Numbered from the stretch's first letter, positions 1 to 9,831 are shown. The stretch: DNA of 61,359 nt from Candidatus Bipolaricaulia bacterium (GCA_046293845.1 JBKBIX010000001.1:1-61359), one strand, 5' to 3'. The notes: generated by a model from the sequence alone, not told the origin. A program made the numbers and translations.

Positions 1-1023
1 GTCGCTCTAGAGAATATCTCTCTGGACGTGGGCCACGGGGAACTAATGGCGCTTGTCGGCCCCAGCGGCTGCGGGAAGACGACAATTCTCAGAGTAATTG
101 CGGGCTTTGAGACCCCGGACTCTGGGGAGATTCTCTTTGACGGCCAGAGCGTGCTGAACCTGCCCCCGGAGCGACGCAGGGTCGGGCTGGTCTTTCAGCA
201 CTATGCGCTCTTCCCACACATGAACGTCTTTGAGAATATCGCGTACGGGCTGAAGTTTGCCCCCTCACCCCTCGAGAGGGCCAAACGTGTGCGCGACCTG
301 CTCGACCTTGTTGGGCTTACGGGGCTGGAGCAGCGCATGCCGTCGGAGCTTTCAGCGGGGCAGCAGCAGCGGGCCGCGCTCGCGCGGGCCCTCGCTCCCA
401 ATCCCAGAGTGCTCCTGCTCGATGAGCCTCTCAGCGCTCTCGACGCGAAGTTGCGCGAGCACCTCCGCCTCGAGATCAAGAAGATCCAAAGAGCACTGAA
501 AATCACGACGCTCTATGTCACCCACGACCAAGAAGAAGCGCTAGCTGTCGCTGACAGGGTCGCTGTTATGAGCATTGCCCATGTCGAACAAGTCGGGACT
601 CCTGAAGCAGTCTATAACGCTCCCGCTACGGAGTTCGTGGCGCGGTTTATCGGTCGGGGGAATCTCATGACGGGCCAGATCGTGCAGCGCGATGGGGAAA
701 GCCTCATACTTTCCGTGGGAGATAGTATGATTCGCGCTCACAGTACTCACGGTGAGGTCGGGCAATCCGTAAGGGTTCTCGTACGCCCCGAAAGAATACG
801 GCTCAACCAATCTGCAGAGAATATACTTATGGGAAGGATTGCAGGAGTAGAGTTCGCTGGAGATGCCCTGTGGCTTCATGTCGAAGCCGCCGGCACCACG
901 CTCATCGTGAAGGCCAACGCGCTCGGTAACACATGGCACGAGGGCGACGCCGTGCACCTGGGGTTTTCAGCTGCAGATCTCTATATCGTGCCTAGCGATC
1001 GAAGATCGCCATCCACACCGTAA
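1..1023 (+). CDS. ABC importer ATP-binding protein (PotA/FbpC/CysA-like, C-terminal TOBE-like domain); 5' end lies outside the window
   Basis: Walker A GPSGCGKTT, signature LSAGQQQR, Walker B LLLDEPLSALD, H-loop VTHD. The frame stays open back to base 1. Confidence 0.9.
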   Translation, partial: VALENISLDVGHGELMALVGPSGCGKTTILRVIAGFETPDSGEILFDGQSVLNLPPERRRVGLVFQHYALFPHMNVFENIAYGLKFAPSPLERAKRVRDLLDLVGLTGLEQRMPSELSAGQQQRAALARALAPNPRVLLLDEPLSALDAKLREHLRLEIKKIQRALKITTLYVTHDQEEALAVADRVAVMSIAHVEQVGTPEAVYNAPATEFVARFIGRGNLMTGQIVQRDGESLILSVGDSMIRAHSTHGEVGQSVRVLVRPERIRLNQSAENILMGRIAGVEFAGDALWLHVEAAGTTLIVKANALGNTWHEGDAVHLGFSAADLYIVPSDRRSPSTP

Positions 1024-1630
1024 CAAGCACTGTCACGGCGATAAAGACCCACACGTTCAGAAACCACACAGCCGCGACGACGCTGTAGATGAACCCGCGG
1101 CGGCCAAGAGTGTAGCCGTCGCTGCCGCGCATGAATAAATCTGTGAGATATTGAGAGGGCTCGGTGCCTTCCATCGCGGCCAGGGCCTTGGGCGGCGCAC
1201 TGATGAGCACGGTCAAGAGATTGAAGTATCGTAAGGCCGTCAAAAAGCTGAAGAACGAGACAGCCAGAGTGAAGATAATCGTCCAGATGGGGTAATCTTG
1301 AGGGCGCAGTCCACGGCTGGGCAGCTGGGGCAGCTCGACGATAGCCTCCCAGACCCCGCTGAAGCTGATGATGAACCCCAGCAGGAGCACGCTCGCCGAG
1401 GCGAGAAACGTCACGGACATAATAATATTGCGCAACTGATGCACTACTAACAACTGATCCCCTTGTTCGATGGCGTGCATGAGAGCTTCAGTGACAGCTT
1501 GGCGCATCCGGCCCTTGCGCGTCGCATACGATCTCCGACGGGACAGATAAAAATAGACAAAGTGATACCCGTAAAAGCAGCCGAAGAACGTGAGGAGGGC
1601 AATGATCGTCTCACTGGAGAGGGCTTGCAT
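992..1630 (-). CDS. Integral membrane protein, DUF599-like
   Basis: 212 aa with about 4 hydrophobic helices. Its 3' end overlaps the convergent ABC ATPase gene. The family call comes from remembered sequence character only. Confidence 0.45.
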   Translation of the reverse strand: MQALSSETIIALLTFFGCFYGYHFVYFYLSRRRSYATRKGRMRQAVTEALMHAIEQGDQLLVVHQLRNIIMSVTFLASASVLLLGFIISFSGVWEAIVELPQLPSRGLRPQDYPIWTIIFTLAVSFFSFLTALRYFNLLTVLISAPPKALAAMEGTEPSQYLTDLFMRGSDGYTLGRRGFIYSVVAAVWFLNVWVFIAVTVLVTVWMAIFDR

Positions 1631-1698
1631 AGCAATAATATTTATACAGAGTGCTCAAGGATTTGGCAAGCGCTAGGCTGCAAACGGCACAGACGGTC

Positions 1699-1727
1699 TT
1701 GACAGACTTCGAGAGCGAAAGTAAAAT
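1699..1727 (+). promoter_or_regulatory. Sigma-70-type promoter upstream of lon (TTGACA-17-TAAAAT)
   Basis: TTGACA at 1699-1704, a 17-nt spacer, TAAAAT at 1722-1727, about 64 nt before the lon start. Confidence 0.5.
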
Positions 1728-1790
1728 GAATATAGTCTTGGGGAAAGACTATTTGATGAATTTCTCGATTGCTGTGAAGCTGAAAGGCAG

Positions 1791-4175
1791 GTGCCCTTCT
1801 TGGATTCTTCCATAGTAGCCCCGGCGGGGTTCGATCTGACGGAGCCGGACAGAGCGAACTTCCCCGAGGTCATCGCGATATTGCCCCTGAAGAACACCGT
1901 GGTCTTCCCGAACTCCGTCCTGCCGCTCACGGTGGGGCGCGAGAGCTCGGTCAAGCTCATTGAAGAGACGTTAGCGGGCACGAAGATCATGGGGGTGCTG
2001 ACGCAGCGCGACCCTAACGTCGAACACCCCACACCCAATGATGTCTATTATGTGGGCACGATTTGCAAGATCGTCCGGGTGATCAAGACGCCCAATAATG
2101 CCCTGCTCTTGTGGGTACAGGGGCTGAGCCGCTTTGCCGTCGAGGTGTTCACGCAAGAGACGCCGTATTTGATGGCCAAGGTGCAGCTTTTGGATTCTAT
2201 TCTTGAAGAGGACATCGAGACGGAAGCGCTCAGCAAACAAGTCACGGCGCTCTTCCAAAAGATGCTCTCGCTCATGCCCACCCCCCAACTGGAGATTCAC
2301 ACGATGGCCTCGAATCTCAGTGATCCGGGGCACTTGGCAGATTTTATCGCAGCAAATCTGGATATTGAAGTGGAAGCGAAGCAGAGAGTTTTAGAGACAC
2401 TGAACGTGAAAGAGCGCTTGACTGTAGTCTTGCGGTTGCTCGAGGAAGAGAACGAGATCTTGGAGGTCGGCTCGCGCATCCACACCCGCGTCCAGGAGGA
2501 GATCGGACGATCTACGCGCGAGAGAATTCTGCGCGAGCAGATGGAAGCTATTAAGAAAGAACTCGGGGAAGAAGAAGGCCCGGAGATCGAGGAGTTGCGC
2601 CGCAAGATCAAGCAAGCAAAAATGCCCAAAGATGCCGAGAAGGAAGCCCTGCGCGAGCTGGAACGCTTAGCTCAAATGCACCCTAGCTCGGCGGAGTACA
2701 CGGTCTCGCGCACGTATTTGGATTGGATGATCGCGTTGCCGTGGTCCAAGACCACTAAAGATATGCTCGACATTGCCCGGGCCCGGCAGATCCTTGACGA
2801 AGACCACTATGACTTAGAAAAAGTGAAGGAGCGCGTCTTAGAGTATCTCGCGGTGCTGAAGCTCAAGCGCGACATGAAGGGTCCCATTCTCTGTTTAGTC
2901 GGGCCGCCTGGGGTGGGGAAGACGTCTCTGGGGCGCTCGATTGCTCGTGCGTTAGGGAGAAAATTCGTGCGCATCTCGCTTGGTGGGGTGCGCGATGAAG
3001 CGGAAATCCGCGGGCATCGCCGCACGTATGTCGGAGCGCTGCCTGGACGCATTATCCAAGGGCTGCGCCGCGCGGGCTCCAAGAACCCGGTCTTCATGCT
3101 CGACGAGGTCGATAAGATGAGCAGCGACTTCCGCGGCGACCCCGCCTCTGCGCTCTTAGAGGTGCTCGACCCGGAACAGAATAATAACTTCACCGATCAC
3201 TATCTCGATCTGCCGTTTGATCTGTCTCGGGTGCTTTTCATCACGACGGCCAACGTCTTGTATGCTATCCCCAGCCCCTTACTAGATCGGATGGAGGTGT
3301 TGGAACTGCCGGGGTACTCTGAAGACGAGAAGGTCCAGATTGCGCAACGATATCTGATTCCCAAGCAGATCAAGGCTCATGGGCTGCGGGCGCATCACAT
3401 TGAGTTCAGCGATGGTGCGCTCCGCCAGATCATTCGCGAGTATACGCACGAGGCGGGGGTGCGCAATCTCGAGCGTGAGATCGGCGCGATCTGCCGCAAG
3501 GTTGCCGTGCAAGTCGCGGAGAAGAAAGACCGATCCAAACGCTTCATCGAGCCGGGTGATCTCAGCAAATTGCTCGGCCCACCGAGATATTTCTCTGAGG
3601 TCTCCGAGCGCCTGACGAAGTCTGGAGTAGCGATTGGCATGGTGGTCACCCAAGTCGGCGGGGATATTGTGTTCATCGAAGCGACCAAGATGAAGGGCAA
3701 AGGGGAGCTGAAGTTGACTGGCCAGCTCGGCGAGGTGATGAAAGAATCCGCCCAAGCGGCGCTCAGCTATATCCGTGCCAACGCGGAGAGCTTGGGGATT
3801 GACGCAGAGCTCTTTGCGACCCATGATATACACATTCACGTGCCGGAGGGGGCTATCCCGAAAGATGGGCCTTCGGCAGGGGTTACCCTCGTGACGGCCT
3901 TGGTCTCGCTCTTGACCGATACGCCCGTGCAGGGCGACTTGGCTATGACCGGCGAGATCACCTTGCGCGGGAAGGTCCTGCCCGTTGGAGGCATCCGTGA
4001 GAAGGTGTTAGCCGCCCATCGCACCGGCATCAAGACTGTGATATTGCCGAAACGCAATGAGAAAGATTTAGAGGAGCTCCCGCAGAACGTCAAAGAGGCG
4101 TTGCGGTTTGAGTTCGTCGAGGAGATCTCAGAGGTATTGGAGAGAGCCCTGCCCCGCTATGCTGCCGTCTCATAA
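1791..4175 (+). CDS. lon: ATP-dependent Lon protease
   Basis: 794 aa with a Lon N-terminal domain, AAA+ Walker A GPPGVGKTS, and protease motif PKDGPSAGV (catalytic Ser). Confidence 0.95.
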   Translation: MPFLDSSIVAPAGFDLTEPDRANFPEVIAILPLKNTVVFPNSVLPLTVGRESSVKLIEETLAGTKIMGVLTQRDPNVEHPTPNDVYYVGTICKIVRVIKTPNNALLLWVQGLSRFAVEVFTQETPYLMAKVQLLDSILEEDIETEALSKQVTALFQKMLSLMPTPQLEIHTMASNLSDPGHLADFIAANLDIEVEAKQRVLETLNVKERLTVVLRLLEEENEILEVGSRIHTRVQEEIGRSTRERILREQMEAIKKELGEEEGPEIEELRRKIKQAKMPKDAEKEALRELERLAQMHPSSAEYTVSRTYLDWMIALPWSKTTKDMLDIARARQILDEDHYDLEKVKERVLEYLAVLKLKRDMKGPILCLVGPPGVGKTSLGRSIARALGRKFVRISLGGVRDEAEIRGHRRTYVGALPGRIIQGLRRAGSKNPVFMLDEVDKMSSDFRGDPASALLEVLDPEQNNNFTDHYLDLPFDLSRVLFITTANVLYAIPSPLLDRMEVLELPGYSEDEKVQIAQRYLIPKQIKAHGLRAHHIEFSDGALRQIIREYTHEAGVRNLEREIGAICRKVAVQVAEKKDRSKRFIEPGDLSKLLGPPRYFSEVSERLTKSGVAIGMVVTQVGGDIVFIEATKMKGKGELKLTGQLGEVMKESAQAALSYIRANAESLGIDAELFATHDIHIHVPEGAIPKDGPSAGVTLVTALVSLLTDTPVQGDLAMTGEITLRGKVLPVGGIREKVLAAHRTGIKTVILPKRNEKDLEELPQNVKEALRFEFVEEISEVLERALPRYAAVS

Positions 4176-5055
4176 GAAAAAAGCGAAGCGCGTTCTCGTC
4201 GTTGCGCCCCATCCCGATGATGAAGTCTTAGCTGCGGGGGGCGCAATCCAAGAGCATTTACGCAAGGGGCACGTTGTCACGATTCTGTTGGTCACGTGCG
4301 GGGATGGGCAGCGGCGCGGGCTCTTCCTCCCGCCGAGGCACTTTCGCCGCTTAGGGGAGCGTCGCTATAGTGAATCTCTCAAGGCCCTGGGATTGCTTGG
4401 AGTGACAGAGCGGCGCGTGATCGCGTTGGGGTATCCTGATCGCGGGCTAGCGCATCTTTGGGCTGACGGATACCAGCCCTATACGTCGCGCTACACGAAA
4501 GTCTCTGCCGTGCCATACGAGTGGGCGTATCGTCCGGGAGCGCCCTACACGCGCGAGTCCATTCTGCACGACTTTAGAGAAATCCTGCACACGGAGCGCC
4601 CGGAGATTATCTATCTGCCACACCCCAAAGATCGTCATGGGGACCATCAGGCAGTCTCTCTCTTTGTCCTTCACGCTCTGCGAGAGGACCGGCTCCACCC
4701 GCACCTGAGACACTATTTGATTCATCATGGGGCCTGGCCCGTGCCCGTGGGAAAGCATCCGTATAAGCCCTTGTTGCCCCCGCGGTCCTTGCGCCAGAGC
4801 TCAGGGTGGGTGCTTCAGGAGCTGCGAGCAGAGCAGATCGAGCGCAAGTGCCAAGCGATCAGCTGCTATCGCACCCAGATGCAATATATCGAGGACCATC
4901 TGTTCAGTTTTGCGCGCCGTAATGAACTGTTCGATCTCAACCCGACTGTAGAGCCTCTTATAGCGCAGGGGGAGCGGCGTCCGGCTCGTCTTCCAAGGCT
5001 GCTAGCTGGTCTTCGTCGAGTCCAAAATGATGTCCTATCTCGTGCATCACTGTGA
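4159..5055 (+). CDS. PIG-L/LmbE family N-acetylglucosaminyl deacetylase
   Basis: VVAPHPDDEVLAAGGAI and HPKDRHGDH motifs. ATG 4159 is preferred over 4108 because it minimises overlap with lon. Confidence 0.8.
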   Translation: MLPSHKKKAKRVLVVAPHPDDEVLAAGGAIQEHLRKGHVVTILLVTCGDGQRRGLFLPPRHFRRLGERRYSESLKALGLLGVTERRVIALGYPDRGLAHLWADGYQPYTSRYTKVSAVPYEWAYRPGAPYTRESILHDFREILHTERPEIIYLPHPKDRHGDHQAVSLFVLHALREDRLHPHLRHYLIHHGAWPVPVGKHPYKPLLPPRSLRQSSGWVLQELRAEQIERKCQAISCYRTQMQYIEDHLFSFARRNELFDLNPTVEPLIAQGERRPARLPRLLAGLRRVQNDVLSRASL

Positions 5056-5335
5056 TCCGCACCTGACGGCGGATCTCGTCATCGTTTCCGTGGGCGAGCG
5101 CTTCGATGTTCTTCTGAAAGATATAGATCATATCGGGTTGGATCTGCTCTGAGAACACGGAGCGTTCAGTCAAGGGGACGCCGTGATAGAGCCCGAGCAG
5201 GGTGTCATCAGGGGGATCGGGGTGGTCCTTGATGACGATCATGACGTTCTGCAGGCGCTCTTTGAAAAACGCGGGCAGGCTCTCTACTGCTTGCCACACG
5301 AGCTCCTCGAATCGTGCGCGGGTCACCCTGCTCAC
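4958..5335 (-). CDS. Small zinc metallopeptidase family protein (HExxH; DUF1025-like)
   Basis: 125 aa with motif MHEIGHHFG. Convergent with the PIG-L ORF and overlaps it. Confidence 0.7.
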   Translation of the reverse strand: MSRVTRARFEELVWQAVESLPAFFKERLQNVMIVIKDHPDPPDDTLLGLYHGVPLTERSVFSEQIQPDMIYIFQKNIEALAHGNDDEIRRQVRITVMHEIGHHFGLDEDQLAALEDEPDAAPPAL

Positions 5336-5416
5336 CTTCTCTTGTGCTATCTAGAGTATATAGAGGTTCGGCGTATTTGACAAAATGGCTCAATCGGTGA
5401 TAAAACTAGAGCGCGT

Positions 5417-6037
5417 ATGAGATCACTCAGGGGTGTAGTCCTCTGTGCAGTGTTTTGTCTGTTGTGGGCTCCAATGGTATCGGCGCAGCCTCAGCAGCCG
5501 AGCGAGTTCTTTATAGAGGAGTTTACGTTCGGGCTGCTTGGTGGCTTAGTGGGTGGGCCGACTGTGGAGTTGGTCTACGTCAGCACTCTCTGTCGCGAGG
5601 TCTCCGCTCAAGACACGAAGCTGCAGGAGCTCTGTCAAGGGTTGGGCTTCATGGTCATGCAGATCGCCGTCTATGGGATCACGCTGCCCTTCGGAACAAG
5701 CTTCGGTATTATCGTTGCTGGCTCCTTGCGCGGTATCGTGAGCACTCCGCCGGATTGGATCTTCACGTATATCTTCGCTATGGCGGGTTCGTTGACAGGA
5801 TGGCTGAACGCTGCGGGTGTCTTGCAGGTCATGGACTTCTTGATCGCTGAGTTGGGATGGAGCCTCAGCAAAAAAGACAAGGACATTATTTATACTGTCA
5901 CACGCATAGTATTGCCTATCCTCTATGCGTCGTTCTTGGGGACGATGGAGTTCAATATCCGCATTCAACCGCAGAGTTTCGTGCCTCAGCTTGCTGCTTC
6001 CTCGTGGAGGGTGCCACTCTTTACGTGGCGCTTCTAG
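5417..6037 (+). CDS. Hypothetical membrane protein with N-terminal signal sequence
   Basis: 206 aa with signal-like MRSLRGVVLCAVFCLLWAPMVSAQ followed by several hydrophobic helices. A TTGACA-17-ATAAAA promoter-like site lies at 5377-5405. Confidence 0.5.
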   Translation: MRSLRGVVLCAVFCLLWAPMVSAQPQQPSEFFIEEFTFGLLGGLVGGPTVELVYVSTLCREVSAQDTKLQELCQGLGFMVMQIAVYGITLPFGTSFGIIVAGSLRGIVSTPPDWIFTYIFAMAGSLTGWLNAAGVLQVMDFLIAELGWSLSKKDKDIIYTVTRIVLPILYASFLGTMEFNIRIQPQSFVPQLAASSWRVPLFTWRF

Positions 6038-6530
6038 ATTGTTTTGTTGAGAGTTTCTCGGCCAGGGCCCGCTCCACGCATTGCGGGACAAAGCGCGACA
6101 CATCCCCGCCGTAGCTCTTGACTTGGCGCACGATGCTCGAACTGATAAACGAGAAATCCCGGCTGGTCATCAAATAGACGCTCTCGAAGTCAGGATCTAA
6201 GTCTCGGTTGGTCAGTGATAGCTGAAACTCGTACTCGAAGTCGGTGCTGGCGCGCAGGCCGCGCACGACCGCGTGGACGCCAAGCTGGCGTGCCAGATGC
6301 ACTAGAAGCCCATCGTGAGCGATGACGGTGATCTCGTTATTAAGTCCGACTTCGCGGAGGGCTTCGATCACTAAGCGATGGCGCTCCTCGAGTGTGAAGA
6401 GCATGGGCTTGGTGGGGTTGCGCATCACGGCGACGATCAGCTCGTCGAAGATCTTTTTCGCCCTTCGGATGATATCGATGTGTCCATACGTAATGGGGTC
6501 GAAGCTACCGGGGTAGAGTGCCTTGGTCAT
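6021..6530 (-). CDS. coaD: Phosphopantetheine adenylyltransferase
   Basis: YPGSFDPITYGHIDII N-terminal nucleotidyltransferase motif; 169 aa. Confidence 0.95.
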   Translation of the reverse strand: MTKALYPGSFDPITYGHIDIIRRAKKIFDELIVAVMRNPTKPMLFTLEERHRLVIEALREVGLNNEITVIAHDGLLVHLARQLGVHAVVRGLRASTDFEYEFQLSLTNRDLDPDFESVYLMTSRDFSFISSSIVRQVKSYGGDVSRFVPQCVERALAEKLSTKQSRSAT

Positions 6531-6562
6531 ACGAAAATCTTAGCATATTCTCGAAGAGAAAG

Positions 6563-7117
6563 TCAAAACTCCGTCCCCAGCCGCGCCTTGATCCCTCGAT
6601 CAAACGGATGCTTGATCTTGCGCACTTCAGTCACTAAGTCGGCGATCTCCTCGATCTCCAGCAGTCTCTTGTGGCTGCCCGTGAGCACACACTCGGTCTT
6701 CGGCGCTTTGCCCTTGACAACTTCAATCAAAGCTTCAGACGAGATCACGCCCATCTGCACGGCATAGAGACATTCGTCAACGATGACCATATCGTACTCT
6801 CCTGAAGAGAGCGCCCGCGCCGTCGCTTCGAGAGCTTTGCGCCCAGCTTCGATGTGCCCTTCTGTGGGCTTCCCAATCAACCATTCGGGCATCCCGTAGC
6901 GCTCAAACGAAAAATTCTCAAAGCGCTTGAGGGCTTTCAGTTCGCCGTACTCTTCAAACGCCTCGACGCCTGTGATCCCGCCCTTCAAGAACTGAATCAA
7001 GTGCACGCGAAAGCCCCGCCCCAGCGCGCGCAACGCCATCCCTAGCGCTGCCGTCGTCTTGCCCTTGCCATCCCCCCACCACATCTGCACTAAGCCCATC
7101 TCGCTTTTGAGCTCCAT
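6563..7117 (-). CDS. cobO: Cob(I)yrinic acid a,c-diamide adenosyltransferase (CobO/BtuR type)
   Basis: P-loop GDGKGKTTAA, and a C-terminal KHPFDRGIKARLG motif typical of CobA/CobO. Confidence 0.9.
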   Translation of the reverse strand: MELKSEMGLVQMWWGDGKGKTTAALGMALRALGRGFRVHLIQFLKGGITGVEAFEEYGELKALKRFENFSFERYGMPEWLIGKPTEGHIEAGRKALEATARALSSGEYDMVIVDECLYAVQMGVISSEALIEVVKGKAPKTECVLTGSHKRLLEIEEIADLVTEVRKIKHPFDRGIKARLGTEF

Positions 7118-7127
7118 AGTTCCTCCT

Positions 7128-8036
7128 CTAGAATCGCATCATCGTCCCCGCGGGCGCCAGCCCAGAGAAGATCCCCGGGTGAACGATCTCCCCTAAGATC
7201 TCTAAGCCCGTCACGATCCGCGGTCCCGGCCTGTTGAAATACGCCGACGCCTCGACTATGAAGACTTGGTTCTCTTTCACAGCTGTCAGCTCCTCCCAGC
7301 CCTCAAGCCCTGTTAAGAGATCGAGCTCTCTAAGGGTGCGCTCGATGGAAAACCCGCAGGGCATCAACACAATAATGTCCGGGTTGTAGTTGAGGATCTC
7401 TTCCCAATCGGCATAGCGGGAGGGCTGGCCGACCTCACCCAGCCAATCCTCGCCCCCGGCGTATTCGACCATCTGCGGCACCCAGTGCCCCGCAATCATG
7501 AGGGGCTCAAGCCACTCGATGCAGCAGACCTTCGGACGATCCGCAACATCTTCTGTCTGTGCGCGCACGCGCTCGATACGCTGCTGGAGCTGCGCCACAA
7601 GCTGCCGCGCGCGCTCCTCTGTGCCGGATACCTCCCCAACCATCAAGACAGTATCGAGGATATCTTCGAGGGTATGCGGCTCCAGCGAGACGATCTGGGG
7701 CTGCCCGCGCAAGAGCTTGACGGCTTGTCGCACATCATCGAACGAGGGCGCGCAGACCTCGCACAGCTCCTGCGTCAAGATCAGATCGGGGTTGAGTTTC
7801 TGTAACAGCTCAGCGTCAATATGATAGACGCTCAAGCCACTATGGAGTCTCTCACGCACGATCTGATCGATCTCGGCGCTGGGCATATCAGAGTGCACGA
7901 CCGCTTGGCTGAGCTTAGGTTTTTTCAAGACTTCAGGGGGCCAGTCGCAGTCGTGCGAGACCCCAACTAATCTGTCCCCCAAGCCCAGCTCGTAAACGAT
8001 CTCAGTTGCGCTTGGCAGTAACGAGATGATCCTCAT
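7128..8036 (-). CDS. BtuF-like cobalamin/iron-complex binding protein with no signal peptide
   Basis: N-terminus MRIISLLPSATEIVYELGLGDRLVGVSHDCDWP resembles the class III periplasmic-binding fold. No hydrophobic leader is present. There is an ATGA start/stop overlap with the upstream ATPase gene. Confidence 0.75.
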   Translation of the reverse strand: MRIISLLPSATEIVYELGLGDRLVGVSHDCDWPPEVLKKPKLSQAVVHSDMPSAEIDQIVRERLHSGLSVYHIDAELLQKLNPDLILTQELCEVCAPSFDDVRQAVKLLRGQPQIVSLEPHTLEDILDTVLMVGEVSGTEERARQLVAQLQQRIERVRAQTEDVADRPKVCCIEWLEPLMIAGHWVPQMVEYAGGEDWLGEVGQPSRYADWEEILNYNPDIIVLMPCGFSIERTLRELDLLTGLEGWEELTAVKENQVFIVEASAYFNRPGPRIVTGLEILGEIVHPGIFSGLAPAGTMMRF

Positions 8037-8824
8037 AAATTTTTCACCTGAGGGAGAGGGGAAGAGGGTGAGGGGACGATATATTTCTCCCCTGTGCCGT
8101 CCACGATGCGCACGCGCGCCCGAAATGCTTGCCCAATCAGCTCTTCCGTGAGCACGCGCTCCGGCTCACCCAGAGCGATAACGTGCCCTTCACTGAGCAG
8201 AGCAATGCGATCTGTGTAGTGCAGCGCCAAGTTAAGATCGTGCAGCGAGACGAGCACCGTCAAATCTCCCTGTGCGAGGGAGCGAATCAGTTCCATGATC
8301 TCGATCTGATAGTTCAAATCGAGATGGGCTGTGGGCTCATCTAACAGCAAGACTTTCGGCTCTTGAGCCAGAGCCAACGCCAGCCAGACGCGCTGGCGCT
8401 CCCCGCTACTCAGACTGTGAATCGCTCTATCAGCAAACTCTAGGGTGTGCGTCAGTGCAAGTGCGCGGGTGACGATCTCGCGATCTTGCGCAGAGAGTCT
8501 TTGCCAGCGCTGCCGATGCGGCAGCCGCCCTAGCTCCACAATCTCTCTCACTGTAAAATCAAATGAGCACGAGATCTCTTGCTCAAGGGCTGCTAGCTCG
8601 CGCGCCAGCTCCTTGGGAGCAAGCTCGCTCAGCCGCCGACAATCGAGATAGATCGCCCCAGCGTGCGGGGGCAGTCTTCCTGAAATCGCGCGCAAGAGCG
8701 TCGTCTTGCCGGAGCCGTTGGGCCCCACAAGCCCGAAGACCTCCCCAGGCACGATCTCTAAGCTCAGATCGCGCAGCACCACGCGCCCGTCATACCCAAG
8801 CTGTACGTTCTCTAAACGAATCAT
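8033..8824 (-). CDS. ABC transporter ATP-binding protein (FecE/BtuD/HmuV type)
   Basis: GPNGSGKTT, LSSGERQR, LLLDEPTAHLD. The last ~13 codons (PSPSSPLPQVKNL) are encoded by a REP-like half element. Confidence 0.9.
   Translation of the reverse strand: MIRLENVQLGYDGRVVLRDLSLEIVPGEVFGLVGPNGSGKTTLLRAISGRLPPHAGAIYLDCRRLSELAPKELARELAALEQEISCSFDFTVREIVELGRLPHRQRWQRLSAQDREIVTRALALTHTLEFADRAIHSLSSGERQRVWLALALAQEPKVLLLDEPTAHLDLNYQIEIMELIRSLAQGDLTVLVSLHDLNLALHYTDRIALLSEGHVIALGEPERVLTEELIGQAFRARVRIVDGTGEKYIVPSPSSPLPQVKNL
8047..8075. repeat. REP-like element, half copy (GAGGGAGAGGGG..GGGTGAGGGG)
   Basis: Matches the right arm of the elements at 9825, 37409 and 60160. Lies inside the 3' end of the ABC ATPase ORF. 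Confidence 0.6.
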
Positions 8825-9831
8825 AGCGAGGCCCCTAGCTGCGCCCGACGACGCAACAAGAAGAGAAAGAACGGCGCGCCCAACAACGCTGTAATAATGC
8901 CGATGGGCAGCTCCGCTGGGGCGAGCACCGTGCGCGCCACAGCATCACAGAGCGTCAACAGCACAGCTCCCCCTAGCGCCGCTGCGGGCAAGAGCAATCT
9001 ATGATCCGGCCCCACGATCAATCTCAAGATATGGGGCACGATCAGCCCCACAAACCCAATCGTCCCTGAGACAGCCACAGCTACAGCCGTGAGCAGCGTC
9101 ATGAAGAAGAGCAAGATCTTTCGCAAGTGTCTCGGCTCGATGCCCAGGTGCGCCGCCATCTCCTCGCCGAGCGCCAGCGCGTTTAAGTCTCGAGCAAAGA
9201 GCAGCAGTATGATCCCAGCCCCAAGCATCGTGCCCAGCAGTCCAAAGACATAAACCCATTGAGCGCCACCAAGCCCCCCTAAGATCCAAAAGATCAAGCG
9301 TCGCGCGTCCTGAGAAGCCCCTGAGTAGAAGAGCAGAAAGCTCGTCACAGCCGAAAAGAGCGCTGCGAGCGCTACCCCAGACAGAATGAGCGCGTAATTA
9401 TCGAGCTGAGTCCAGCGCGTCTGCGCGATGCGATAGACAATCGCGACGGCGAGCACACCTCCAAGAAACGCCCCTAGGGGCACAGCTCCCCAATAGATAT
9501 CTAAACGGAGCGCAATGACGAGCGCTGCTCCGGCCGTGGCGCCGCTGGCAATCCCCAATAGATACGGATCGGCTAAGGGGTTGCGAAAGAGCCCTTGCAT
9601 CACGGCCCCACAGAGCGCCAGCGCCCCGCCAACGAGTGCTGCGAGGAGCACTCGAGGAAGGCGAATCTGCATGAGAATGAAGCGATGCGTCGGATCAGAA
9701 TCAAAGATGGAGATAGGCACCGCCCCAAGCGCTATGCCCACTGCTAAAGCCCCTACGAGCAAGATACTGAAGCTGCTGAGGGCCACTGGGCCCTTCCACT
9801 GTTCCATGATGCACATTCCCGTGGCCCTCAC
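8821..9831 (-). CDS. FecCD/BtuC family ABC transporter permease
   Basis: 336 aa with about 9-10 TM helices and FecCD-like glycine-rich helices. Start/stop overlap with the ATPase gene. Confidence 0.9.
   Translation of the reverse strand: MRATGMCIMEQWKGPVALSSFSILLVGALAVGIALGAVPISIFDSDPTHRFILMQIRLPRVLLAALVGGALALCGAVMQGLFRNPLADPYLLGIASGATAGAALVIALRLDIYWGAVPLGAFLGGVLAVAIVYRIAQTRWTQLDNYALILSGVALAALFSAVTSFLLFYSGASQDARRLIFWILGGLGGAQWVYVFGLLGTMLGAGIILLLFARDLNALALGEEMAAHLGIEPRHLRKILLFFMTLLTAVAVAVSGTIGFVGLIVPHILRLIVGPDHRLLLPAAALGGAVLLTLCDAVARTVLAPAELPIGIITALLGAPFFLFLLRRRAQLGASL

Noticed and set aside
1631-1790. CIRCE or other heat-shock operator upstream of lon
   Set aside because: Only a partial GAGTGCTCAA half-site is present, with no matching inverted partner at the 9-nt spacing.
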